A DNA stretch of 64,000 bases from Candidatus Parcubacteria bacterium (GTDB taxonomy: Bacteria; Patescibacteriota; Minisyncoccia; Phycocordibacterales; JAKFXT01): contig JAIOOV010000004.1 of assembly GCA_021414235.1 (NCBI GenBank), positions 36,250-100,249 on the forward strand, read 5' to 3'. Numbering within the stretch: position 1 is the stretch's first letter; each line of letters begins with the position of its first letter. Positions 8,381 to 17,588 of this stretch are shown here, one piece after another. The translations under genes were made by a program, and so were the position numbers. Below the pieces are notes generated by a model, which was given only the letters and a program-made list of their open reading frames with translations, had not been told where the DNA came from and ran no database searches.

Positions 8381-10315
8381 ATGCAGAGTCTATCTTCGTT
8401 AAACGAAAGACAGAAAGAAGCCGTCCTCCACACGCAGGGACCCCTCCTCATCCTCGCAGGCGCAGGTGCCGGCAAGACCAAGACAATCACTCATCGGATA
8501 CTGCGCCTCATCGAAGAAGGAGTGAACCCTTCAAGCATCTTGGCAATCACCTTCACCAACAAAGCAGCTAAAGAGATGCGCGAAAGGGTAGACAAGCTCC
8601 TCTCAGAGAGTCGCGATATCAATCTGCCGGTCAGCATCTATGAGCGCCCTTTCGTGAGCACCTTCCATGCGCTCGGCGTGCACATCATCCGCGAGAACAG
8701 CCGCCTCCTCGGGCTCCCGCGACACTTCTCCATATTCGACCGTAGCGATTCGCTCTCTGCAGTGAAGAGCGCGCTGGTTTCCGCAGGTCTCGACCCAAAA
8801 CAGTTCGAGCCAGGCAAGATCCTCTCTGGCATCTCCCGCCTCAAGGGGCAGGGGAAGAGTCTTGCTGACTTCCAGGAGCGCGAAGCTCGAGACGCACGTA
8901 GCGACATCCTTTCTGCCGCTTGGGCGGGATACGAGAAGACCCTCCAGGAAGAGAAGGCACTCGACTTCGACGATCTCTTGCTCAAGACCTTCAACCTCTT
9001 ACGCTCGCACCCTGAGGTGCTCGCGCACTACCGCAAGACCTGGACGCATGTGCACATCGATGAGTACCAGGATACCAATCGCGTGCAGTACGATACCGCC
9101 AAGCTCCTCGCAGGGGAGAGTCACAATATCTGCGCGGTGGGGGATATAGACCAGAGCATCTACAGCTGGAGAGGGGCGGATTTCAAGAACATCATGCGCT
9201 TCGAGGACGATTACCCGGAGACCAAGGTGGTGCTCCTCGAAGAGAACTACCGCTCCACCAAGACCATATTGAAAGCCGCGAATGCGGTCATCGCCAAGAA
9301 CACCCTGCGCAAGGACAAGAACCTCTTCACCTCGAACGGAGAAGGGGAGAAGATCGCCGTCTACGGCGCCTACGACGAGAACCGCGAAGCGCATTTCGTA
9401 GCTACCGCCGCAGCCAAACTAATAGCAGCGGGCAGCACCCCTGAAGAAATCGCGGTGTTGTACCGCGCCAACTTCCAATCCCGCGCACTAGAAGAAGCCT
9501 TCTTGCGAGAGAGCGTGCCATACCAAGTGCTCGGTGTGCGCTTCTTCGAACGCAAAGAAGTGAAGGACGTCCTCTCATATCTGCGCGCAGCCATGAACCC
9601 AGACGGACTAGGGGACCTCAAGCGCATCCTCAACACGCCAACGCGCGGCATCGGCAAGACTACCGCACTCAAGATATTTGAAGGAAAGGAGGAAGAGCTT
9701 CCTCCGGCGATGCGACTGAAGGTGGCTAACTTCCGCGTAGCGCTGAAGGAGATAGGGGAGAAGATACGCACCGCGACCGCTTCAGAGACCGTAGGCTTCG
9801 TTATTACACGAAGCGGACTTAAAGAATCGCTCGAAACAAAAAGCAGCGAAGACGAGGAGCGGCTCGAGAACATGTACGAATTGGTAGCGCTCGCGCAGAA
9901 GTACGATGACATGCCTGCACCCGAGGGTATAGAGAAGCTCCTCACGGAAGCCGCGCTCGCGAGCGACCAGGACGATCTCGAGAAGAAGCAGGCGGGAGTG
10001 AAGCTCATGACCGTGCATGCTTCCAAGGGACTGGAATTTGATTACGTGTTCGTGACCGGACTCGAAGAGGATCTCTTCCCGCACAAGCGAGGCTTTGATC
10101 AGAAACTTGAGGACCAGGAAGAGGAGCGGCGTCTCTTCTATGTAGCGCTCACCCGCGCTCGCAAGAAGCTCTTCCTCACCTACGCTTCCGTCCGCACAGT
10201 ATTCGGCTCCCGCGGGATCAACATGCCATCCAACTTCCTAGAAGACATAGGGGAAGAGCTCGTTGAAGCAGAGGAGGACGAGCGACCACACGGGAAAGTC
10301 ATATATCTAGAGTAA
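8381..10315 (+). CDS. ATP-dependent DNA helicase, UvrD/PcrA family (short form, 644 aa)
   Basis: Walker A GAGAGKTKT; TFHALG; the DEYQDTN motif; C-terminal VALTRARKKLFLTY. Confidence 0.9.
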   Translation: MQSLSSLNERQKEAVLHTQGPLLILAGAGAGKTKTITHRILRLIEEGVNPSSILAITFTNKAAKEMRERVDKLLSESRDINLPVSIYERPFVSTFHALGVHIIRENSRLLGLPRHFSIFDRSDSLSAVKSALVSAGLDPKQFEPGKILSGISRLKGQGKSLADFQEREARDARSDILSAAWAGYEKTLQEEKALDFDDLLLKTFNLLRSHPEVLAHYRKTWTHVHIDEYQDTNRVQYDTAKLLAGESHNICAVGDIDQSIYSWRGADFKNIMRFEDDYPETKVVLLEENYRSTKTILKAANAVIAKNTLRKDKNLFTSNGEGEKIAVYGAYDENREAHFVATAAAKLIAAGSTPEEIAVLYRANFQSRALEEAFLRESVPYQVLGVRFFERKEVKDVLSYLRAAMNPDGLGDLKRILNTPTRGIGKTTALKIFEGKEEELPPAMRLKVANFRVALKEIGEKIRTATASETVGFVITRSGLKESLETKSSEDEERLENMYELVALAQKYDDMPAPEGIEKLLTEAALASDQDDLEKKQAGVKLMTVHASKGLEFDYVFVTGLEEDLFPHKRGFDQKLEDQEEERRLFYVALTRARKKLFLTYASVRTVFGSRGINMPSNFLEDIGEELVEAEEDERPHGKVIYLE

Positions 10316-10316
10316 T

Positions 10317-11120
10317 ATGGAGAAAATGCGCGCAAAAAAGGAGCTAGGTCAGCATTTTCTCGTCGCACGGAGCGCGACAGAGGCTCTCTGTAAGGCCGCG
10401 GAACTCAAAGAAGGTGATGTGGCGCTGGAGATCGGGCCAGGTACCGGCATACTCACTGCCGAGCTCCTCAACCACGGAGCCCAGGTAGTAGCTGTAGAGA
10501 AGGATAAGGATCTCCTCCCAGGCCTCGAAGAACGCTTCAAAGAAGCTATCACCAGGAAGCAGCTCCTCCTCATTGAAGGCGATATTTCCTCTTTCGACCC
10601 TGAAACATTGGGTATTTATAAGGTTGCCGCCAATATTCCTTACTATCTCACCGGCGATATCCTGCGCCGCTTCCTCTCCGGGGAGCATCAGCCCCGCTCC
10701 ATGACCCTCATGGTGCAGAAAGAGGTAGCCGATCGAATCGTGGCAAAAGACAAGAAGGAAAGCCTCCTCTCGCTCTCGGTAAAAGCCTACGGGAACCCCT
10801 CCATCATCAAGAAAGTGCCCGCAGGGAGCTTCTCTCCACCGCCCAAAGTGGACTCCGCCATCATCCATATCGAAGAAATATCTCGGAAATCCTTCACGTC
10901 TGTCGACGAAAACTACTTTTTCAAGGTACTAAAGGCTGGTTTTGCACATAAGCGCAAGCAGCTCGGCGGGAACCTTGCAGGAATCTGCGCTCCAAAGCTA
11001 GTAGAAGAGGCCTTAGGCGCTATCGGTAAGCAAAAAACCGTGCGCGCGGAAGACCTCGCTCTCTCAGAGTGGCTCGAACTAGCAAAAAATCTTGAAGCGG
11101 TGTGTAAAACGAAGCAGTAG
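10317..11120 (+). CDS. rsmA: 16S rRNA (adenine1518/1519-N6)-dimethyltransferase
   Basis: ELGQHFL...EIGPGTGILT...NIPYYLT motifs of KsgA/RsmA. Confidence 0.9.
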   Translation: MEKMRAKKELGQHFLVARSATEALCKAAELKEGDVALEIGPGTGILTAELLNHGAQVVAVEKDKDLLPGLEERFKEAITRKQLLLIEGDISSFDPETLGIYKVAANIPYYLTGDILRRFLSGEHQPRSMTLMVQKEVADRIVAKDKKESLLSLSVKAYGNPSIIKKVPAGSFSPPPKVDSAIIHIEEISRKSFTSVDENYFFKVLKAGFAHKRKQLGGNLAGICAPKLVEEALGAIGKQKTVRAEDLALSEWLELAKNLEAVCKTKQ

Positions 11121-11141
11121 AGAGAGATAATCTGCTATACT

Positions 11142-12050
11142 GTGAGGGCTATGGAGCCCTACGCTCGCTATCTTCCGAGTAGAACTTTTACGTATATGGC
11201 AGGGTCCGTAGGACTCGCGCTGCTGCTCGTTCTCGGTGCAAGTTTCCTCTCCAAGGAACCGAGGAAGGGGAGCCTCATCGGCACTTCCGGAAACAACAGC
11301 GAAACCTCCGTCAACCTCACCGCCCTCATCAAAGAACGTATCGCCGCCCAAAAGGCGGAAGCCCCTTCGGAAGATTGGCAGAAGGAATTCAACTCCATCA
11401 CCTCCAAGCCCCTCAATCCGGCAACCGATCTGGCCTCAAGCACCCTCACTGATCTTCTCGCCAGGAGCCTCTTCACCCAATTTACCGCAGCCCAGAACGG
11501 AGGAGGGCTCGACGCAGCTGCTCAGCAGAGAGTCATCGACGAGACCCTCGGCAAGATAAACCTCCGATTTACTATCTACACGGAAAAAGATATCCGCATA
11601 GGCTCTGAGAATACCGCAGCACTCAGAGGGTACGGCAACGCACTGGGTCAGCTTATCCGCGACAACTCGAGCACAGACACGAACGAAGCAGTGGTGCTCT
11701 CCCAGGCGCTAGCTCAGAATAATCCCCGGGGACTCCAGGGAATCTCGCCTATAGCAACCTCTTATCACAATCTCCTTTCTGCGGCCCTGCGCCTCTCAGT
11801 ACCGCCTTCGGCGGTGAAGGCACACCTCTCTCTCGTCAACAGCTTGAGCGCGATAGGGGACAGCGTGGACGCGATGATGGTGGCCTTTCAGGATCCGGTT
11901 CGTACAGTCCTGTACATAAACAAATATGAAGAGAACGTACAGGCTCTCTCCAACTCCTTCGTACAGATCGCGTCCCTCCTTAAGAGTTCCGGCGTCGTCT
12001 TCTCAAGTAACGAATCCGGCTCGATCGTGATGTCTATGGGAAGCAAGTAA
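11142..12050 (+). CDS. Hypothetical membrane-anchored protein (first gene of the T4SS-like cluster)
   Basis: N-terminal TM/signal anchor (AGSVGLALLLVLGASFL). Probable start at ATG 11196. No recognisable domain. Confidence 0.5.
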   Translation: MRAMEPYARYLPSRTFTYMAGSVGLALLLVLGASFLSKEPRKGSLIGTSGNNSETSVNLTALIKERIAAQKAEAPSEDWQKEFNSITSKPLNPATDLASSTLTDLLARSLFTQFTAAQNGGGLDAAAQQRVIDETLGKINLRFTIYTEKDIRIGSENTAALRGYGNALGQLIRDNSSTDTNEAVVLSQALAQNNPRGLQGISPIATSYHNLLSAALRLSVPPSAVKAHLSLVNSLSAIGDSVDAMMVAFQDPVRTVLYINKYEENVQALSNSFVQIASLLKSSGVVFSSNESGSIVMSMGSK

Positions 12051-12051
12051 T

Positions 12052-13617
12052 ATGTTCTGGAATACCCTTAAGAAAAGCCTCCTCTCCACGCTCATCATCC
12101 TTACTTTCTTCATGGGAGGCTTTGCCGCGATGCCTCAGAAAGCTGAAGCAGCCCTCGGATTCGGCGACATCGTCTTCGACCCTACGAACTTCGTTGAGAA
12201 CACGATAACAGCAGTAAAAACCGCATACCTTGCCTTCAAGGAAGCAGTGTTGGATCCGATCGGCTGGCATCTCTCCACCATGATCATCCAGGCGATCACC
12301 GCCGCTATCGTGGATTGGATAAACAGCGGTTTCCAAGGAAGCCCTGCCTTCGTGCAGAATCTGCAGGAGGAATTCACGCGAGTAGCTAACCTTGAATTCG
12401 AGAAGTTCTTGCGAAGCAACGATCTCGAGTTCATGTGTTACCCGCAGAGCATCCGTCTCTCTCTTCTGCTCGGCTATCGCGGCAACCAATTCCGTAAGCA
12501 GGCGCAATGTACCATCACCGGAGTCGTCTCGAACCTCCAGGGCTTCATGAGCGGGAATTGGTCCCAGGGAGGCCTCGCAGGATTCCTCTCCCTCTCGAGA
12601 GCGGAGAATAATCCCTACACCGCGACAGTCATGGCGGAAACGGAGCTTGCCCGACGCATAGCAGCTAAGGTAGGCATAGAAGACAAGAAGCTCCAGGCAG
12701 GCAGGCTCTTCAAGAGCTTCGAGGTGTGCGAAACTCTGGATGTTAGGGATGATTGTCCCGACGGAGGAGAAGCCTGCCCTGCACGGCAAGAGAATGTCTG
12801 CCGCATAGGCACCCCGGGAGACGTGATCGCTACTCAGCTCAACAAAGCGCTCGCGCTCGGAGAAGACAAGCTAGTCATCGCCCAGTCCTTCGATCAAATC
12901 GTTTCCGCACTCCTCGCTCAACTTGCGCGCATGGCACTCACTGGCTCCGGCGGTCTCTACGGGCTCTCGAATGGCTCTTACAACGGCGGTACTCCCTACA
13001 CCAACCAGCTCGCTACCGGCAGCTCCTCCTCTGGGGGTGCCCAAGGCAACCTTCTTGGCGCGATAGAGACGAGCATCCGAGACGAAGGGGAATACCGCGA
13101 CCAGAAAGCGGCAACCCTAAACCTCTACGGAGCTCCTATGGGTATGGAGGGGAAGGCCCTGGATATCATCGCCTGCTACAACGGAAAGATAAATTCACGG
13201 ACAGCTTCGCTTAGCAGCAACGACATCCAAACAGCGCGCACTCGCATCACGGCCGCCTCCTCCACACTTACCAATATCATTCTCCCTAAAAAGGTCCCGT
13301 TTGCGACAAGGGTAGCGAGCAGCACCGAGATCATCTCGGCCTTCTCCGTACTGAAGAATAAAATTACGTCCACGACCTCGGTACAGGCCTACTCAGGTTA
13401 CGCGAGTGAGTATTCCTCACTCGTTTCCTCGGCCCACACCCGAAGCGACCTTGTCGAAGCAGAACGAGAGTTCACTACCGAGTCTGAAAACCTCTACGAC
13501 GCGACCAATAGCCGCCCCGGAGACCCTCTCAACGGCCTCAGTATCAAACTTGAAGATCAGCTGGCCCAGTGCCGCGCCTTCCCTCAGGGCGAAAGCGGAG
13601 GAGGCGGACCAAACTAA
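12052..13617 (+). CDS. Secreted protein of the T4SS-like locus (521 aa), function unknown
   Basis: Signal peptide LSTLIILTFFMGGFAAMPQKAEA. Cys pairs present. Sits directly upstream of the VirB6-like gene and starts 1 nt after the previous stop. Confidence 0.55.
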   Translation: MFWNTLKKSLLSTLIILTFFMGGFAAMPQKAEAALGFGDIVFDPTNFVENTITAVKTAYLAFKEAVLDPIGWHLSTMIIQAITAAIVDWINSGFQGSPAFVQNLQEEFTRVANLEFEKFLRSNDLEFMCYPQSIRLSLLLGYRGNQFRKQAQCTITGVVSNLQGFMSGNWSQGGLAGFLSLSRAENNPYTATVMAETELARRIAAKVGIEDKKLQAGRLFKSFEVCETLDVRDDCPDGGEACPARQENVCRIGTPGDVIATQLNKALALGEDKLVIAQSFDQIVSALLAQLARMALTGSGGLYGLSNGSYNGGTPYTNQLATGSSSSGGAQGNLLGAIETSIRDEGEYRDQKAATLNLYGAPMGMEGKALDIIACYNGKINSRTASLSSNDIQTARTRITAASSTLTNIILPKKVPFATRVASSTEIISAFSVLKNKITSTTSVQAYSGYASEYSSLVSSAHTRSDLVEAEREFTTESENLYDATNSRPGDPLNGLSIKLEDQLAQCRAFPQGESGGGGPN

Positions 13618-13619
13618 GA

Positions 13620-15734
13620 ATGTCTTTCCTTAAGTACATAGAAAACTTGGTGAGAAGAAGAGGTTTCCTCCTCGGAGCCTGCCTCGTCGCGGTCCTTTTA
13701 CTCGTTCCTACCAAAATGGCGCATGCCGGTCTCTTAACGTGGATAGGGGACAAGACAGCAGGAGCGATCATTTACGGCGTCACCTGGTTGTTTATGCAGC
13801 TCGGAATCGTGCTGATGAGCGCGAGCGCTTACCTTCTAGACCTCTCCATCCGAGTCAGCCTGGGGATAGGAGACATCTCCTTCATCACCAGAGGATCCCT
13901 CTTTACCAACGAAGGAGTGATCGCCGGCTGGACCGTACTTCGAGACATCTCCAACATAGGCTTCATCTTCGCCCTGGTGTACATAGCCGTACGAACCATC
14001 TTAGGCATCGCCGATTCCGGAGCGCTCCAGAAACAAGTGGTGGCAGTGATCATAGGAGCGATGCTCATCAACTTCAGCGCATTCATCACCCTCGTGGTCA
14101 TCGACGCAGGAAACGGCCTTGCCACCGTTGCCTACAATCAGATCACCCGGACAGGCTCTTCGGCTGCCGGACCCTCGCCCCAGGACTCTGGCCTTATTTC
14201 CGATGCCTTTTTGCAATACCTAAGACCTCAGACCCTTATCGCGAGCAACGTCACCTCCGCCACAAGCAATATCGACGACGGGATCGTATTCTTGCTCACC
14301 GGCACGCTTTTCCTTTTTGCCGCTTACGTACTTCTGGAAGCTTCCTTCATCTTCATCGTCCGCACCGTGCGCTTGATGTTCTCCATCGTCGTCGCCCCCC
14401 TCATGTTCGTCGCATACGCCATACCAGGGCTTCAGGGGAACCTTAAAAAGTGGTTCGAGGAGCTGCTCGGCTACTCCATGGTGGCACCTGCGTATATGTT
14501 CGCTATCCTCTTCATCCTCCTCCTCATTAAAAACCTGACAGGCAATGCCACTATCGCAAGCGGAGTGAACGGCCTCGGATCGATAGGGAACGGGGGAGAT
14601 TTCTCTGTTATCAAAACAGTCTTCCTCTACATACTGATATTGATCCTGATGAATCGCTGCTTGGCATTCGCCCGTAGCGCCTCCAAAGAGATATCCGAAG
14701 TAGCCACCTCATGGGCCGGTACGACGCTCGGCCTCGCCGTCGGCGGCGTTGCGGGACTTGGACGCATGACGGTCGGCCGAGCCGCGAGCAAGCTGGCGAC
14801 AAGCGAAGGTCTGAAGAACTACGCCGCGAGAAGCGTGATAGGGTCGGGAGCGCTTCGAGCCACTAAATATACTGCGGGAAGCAGTTTTGATGTGAGAAAG
14901 ACGGCGACCCTGCAGAAGGGAGCCAAGGCGATCGGGGCCGACCTCGGCAAGGCCGGGGGAGAAGGGGGGTACGACAAGATACTCAAGACTCAAGTTGAGG
15001 CTCGCGAGAAATTTGCCAAGGACTATCTTGGAACAAATAAGAAAGCGATTGTAGACAAAGAAAAGGAAATTAAGGACAAGATCTCCGATACAGGCGCGGA
15101 TATTACTTCGAAGCAAGGAGAGATCGACATTCAGGTCACAAAAACCACAGAGGCAGCCGAGAAGAAGAGGCGGGCTGAGGGAGCTCTCCTCGCAGTTTCG
15201 CTAGAGAGAGACGGAATGGTTGAAGGGGGAGCGACAGTTACCCCAGAAAAAGAGGCTGAGTTCAAGGCAAGAGAAGCAGCAGCGAAACAAGAAGTTGAAA
15301 GATACACCCAAGAGAGCCAGGAAGCCGAGGCCGCCGAGAAAGTCCTTAGAGACCAGCTTGCCGCGCTCGAGGCAACCAAGACCAACCTCGAGGAGAATAT
15401 AGAGCAGGAGAAGAAAAAAGCTGGTAACTCACGTCAGGAAGCTTACGCAAAACGGATCAGTTCTACCGATGAAAAGGGGAACAGGGTCGTCACGGCTAAC
15501 CCTCTCACATGGATTGCCGGTCGCAAGAACAAGGAGGCAGCCGAGAAGATACGTAAGAGCTTCAAGGAAGACAAGCAAAAGAGGCTTAAAGATGCTCTGA
15601 AAGAAGCCTTCCCCGACGAGACAGGGAAGGATAAAGGCAAGGAAGAAAAGAAGGCAGAAGAAAAGAAAGGAGGAGAGAAAAAAGCTGCAAATGACGACCA
15701 TAAGGAAGAGCCGCACGCAGAGGCCGCCCATTAA
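13620..15734 (+). CDS. VirB6/TrbL-like polytopic T4SS membrane protein with long K/E-rich C-terminal tail
   Basis: At least 7 predicted TM helices in the first ~420 aa. Then a ~280-aa highly charged coiled-coil/low-complexity tail (KEKEIKDK...EEKKAEEKKGGEKK). Probable start at MSFLKYIENL. Confidence 0.5.
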   Translation: MSFLKYIENLVRRRGFLLGACLVAVLLLVPTKMAHAGLLTWIGDKTAGAIIYGVTWLFMQLGIVLMSASAYLLDLSIRVSLGIGDISFITRGSLFTNEGVIAGWTVLRDISNIGFIFALVYIAVRTILGIADSGALQKQVVAVIIGAMLINFSAFITLVVIDAGNGLATVAYNQITRTGSSAAGPSPQDSGLISDAFLQYLRPQTLIASNVTSATSNIDDGIVFLLTGTLFLFAAYVLLEASFIFIVRTVRLMFSIVVAPLMFVAYAIPGLQGNLKKWFEELLGYSMVAPAYMFAILFILLLIKNLTGNATIASGVNGLGSIGNGGDFSVIKTVFLYILILILMNRCLAFARSASKEISEVATSWAGTTLGLAVGGVAGLGRMTVGRAASKLATSEGLKNYAARSVIGSGALRATKYTAGSSFDVRKTATLQKGAKAIGADLGKAGGEGGYDKILKTQVEAREKFAKDYLGTNKKAIVDKEKEIKDKISDTGADITSKQGEIDIQVTKTTEAAEKKRRAEGALLAVSLERDGMVEGGATVTPEKEAEFKAREAAAKQEVERYTQESQEAEAAEKVLRDQLAALEATKTNLEENIEQEKKKAGNSRQEAYAKRISSTDEKGNRVVTANPLTWIAGRKNKEAAEKIRKSFKEDKQKRLKDALKEAFPDETGKDKGKEEKKAEEKKGGEKKAANDDHKEEPHAEAAH

Positions 15735-15737
15735 GCC

Positions 15738-16463
15738 ATGGATCAGGAAACCATAAACATCCTAAAAGAGAATTTCGACAAGCTTCCGAAGCTGGTCCAA
15801 GACGCTATCCTCGGAGCGGATGTCTCGGAAGCGGTGCAAGCGATAGGGAAAAAGCGAGCTCTCCTGCTCGACCAGGTAGGGAACCTGGAAACAGAGGTCA
15901 TGCTTCTGCTCGTTGGGCTCGCCGACTCCGAAGAGTTCCCGGATAACTTGGAAAAGAACTTGGGCGTGGATTCTTTCGTAGCGCAAGACATAGTGACAGA
16001 CGTCAACGAGCTGATCCTTGAACCGATCAAGGCGCGGATGATCGAGGATACAACTGAGGCAGAAGACGAGGGAATCATCACCCGCGATAGTCTCTTACGA
16101 GAAATCGAGAACCCCTCACCCTCTCGTTTCAGACTGGAACCTTCACAAAATTTTTCTCTTGCGGAAACCCACAACTCCAAAGTATTGGGTCGTTCCGAAG
16201 AGAACGTGAAGCCCGCAGAACCAAGAGTGGGGGAGATAGCGGCTCTTCCACTCACTATCGACCCCTCACACGAGCTAGCCGCTCCCGCCGCTGCGCCCGT
16301 CGTAACAGAGCCCCCGGTAATTCCGGTCATCGCGCCTGTCCCGCCGATTACCCCGCCGGCATCACCCATCACCCAAGCACCAAGAACGATTACCGAGATA
16401 CGGCCGGAACCCAAGCCCGAGACCCGACGCTCTGTGGATCCATACAGAGAACCTATAGAATAG
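15738..16463 (+). CDS. Hypothetical protein with Pro-rich C-terminus (T4SS-like locus)
   Basis: 241 aa. The C-terminus reads PVVTEPPVIPVIAPVPPITPPASPITQAP. Tightly packed between the VirB6-like and PrgI-like genes. Confidence 0.45.
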   Translation: MDQETINILKENFDKLPKLVQDAILGADVSEAVQAIGKKRALLLDQVGNLETEVMLLLVGLADSEEFPDNLEKNLGVDSFVAQDIVTDVNELILEPIKARMIEDTTEAEDEGIITRDSLLREIENPSPSRFRLEPSQNFSLAETHNSKVLGRSEENVKPAEPRVGEIAALPLTIDPSHELAAPAAAPVVTEPPVIPVIAPVPPITPPASPITQAPRTITEIRPEPKPETRRSVDPYREPIE

Positions 16464-16474
16464 GAGGATAGACT

Positions 16475-16900
16475 ATGCAATTCCAAGTACCCCAATTCAT
16501 CGAAGTAGAAGATAAGATCATCGGACCTTTCACTTTCCGGCAGTTCCTCTACCTCGCCGGTGGAATAGGCCTCTCTGTAGTGGCCTACCGGCTCCTGCCT
16601 GTCTATATCGCAGCCCTTATAATCCTGCCCATCGTAGCCCTCGCCCTCGCTCTCGCTTTCTATAAGGTAAACGAAAAGCCCTTCATCGAGATAATGGAGG
16701 CGGCTTTCGGGTACGCCACTAAAGGGAAGCTCTATCTTTGGAAAAAGCAGCTGCCCAAACCAGCAGAGGTCGCTGCAAAAATCACGAGCGAGCCTGTGAT
16801 GGGACCTAAGCTCTCCGAAAGCAAGCTGAAGGAGCTCGCCTGGAGCCTAGATGTGAATGAGAAGCTCTCCCGTCAATCAAACACACCTCAAGAACGCTAG
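16475..16900 (+). CDS. PrgI/VirB3-like small T4SS membrane protein
   Basis: N-terminal MQFQVPQFIEVEDKIIGPFTFRQFLYLAGG plus two TM helices, the PrgI-family pattern. Strong RBS (AGGAGG) 7 nt upstream. Immediately precedes VirB4. Confidence 0.55.
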   Translation: MQFQVPQFIEVEDKIIGPFTFRQFLYLAGGIGLSVVAYRLLPVYIAALIILPIVALALALAFYKVNEKPFIEIMEAAFGYATKGKLYLWKKQLPKPAEVAAKITSEPVMGPKLSESKLKELAWSLDVNEKLSRQSNTPQER

Positions 16901-16957
16901 TTTCGGGGGAAAACACGAAGAAAGAGAGGGGAGGGAGTGCTACAATAGTACTAATGT

Positions 16958-17587
16958 ATGCCTAGCTCTCAAGCTACTCAGGATTTCGTACCGATAAGAG
17001 AGGTGAGGGACGGCATCGTCGTCCTCAAAGACGGATCTCTGCGCGCCGTCCTGCTCACCTCCTCCCTCAACTTCTCGCTCAAATCCGAAGACGAGCAGAA
17101 GGCTCTCATCCTGCAGTTCCAGAATTTCCTCAATTCCCTGGAGTTCAGCGTCCAGATATTCATCCAGTCCCGCAAGCTCGATATCCGTCCCTACATAGCC
17201 CTTCTCGAAGAGCGCTACGCGGCACAAACAGGAGAGCTCCTTAAGATACAGACCCGGGAATACATAGAATTCATCAAGAATTTCACGGAATCGAGTAACA
17301 TCATGACCAAGAACTTCTTCGTGGTGGTACCTTATAACCCAGCGATCATAAGTTCTCCAGGTGGAATCGGCGGCTTCTTTAAGAAGAGCGGGACGAACGC
17401 GAAGAGCGACGCAGTGGCTCAATTTGAAGAGAACCGCTCTCAGCTTGAGCAACGTATTGGCGTCGTCGTCCAAGGACTCTCTCGTATCGGCGTGCGGGTG
17501 GCCCAGCTCGGCACGGAAGAGGCCATAGAACTCCTCTATAAGATGTTTAACCCAGGGGAGTTGGAGAAGCCGATAAAGATATCCTGA
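16958..17587 (+). CDS. VirB4/TraC-family conjugal transfer ATPase, N-terminal fragment (split gene or frameshift)
   Basis: DFVPIREVRDGIVVLKDGSLRAVLLTSSLNFSLKSEDEQ is the N-terminal domain of Gram-positive-type VirB4. It ends at TGA, one nucleotide before the ATG of the next ORF. Confidence 0.7.
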   Translation: MPSSQATQDFVPIREVRDGIVVLKDGSLRAVLLTSSLNFSLKSEDEQKALILQFQNFLNSLEFSVQIFIQSRKLDIRPYIALLEERYAAQTGELLKIQTREYIEFIKNFTESSNIMTKNFFVVVPYNPAIISSPGGIGGFFKKSGTNAKSDAVAQFEENRSQLEQRIGVVVQGLSRIGVRVAQLGTEEAIELLYKMFNPGELEKPIKIS

Positions 17588-17588
17588 T

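Noticed and set aside
12034-12789. 251-aa minus-strand ORF
   Set aside because: Antisense to the signal-peptide protein 12052-13617, which is tightly coupled to its neighbours.
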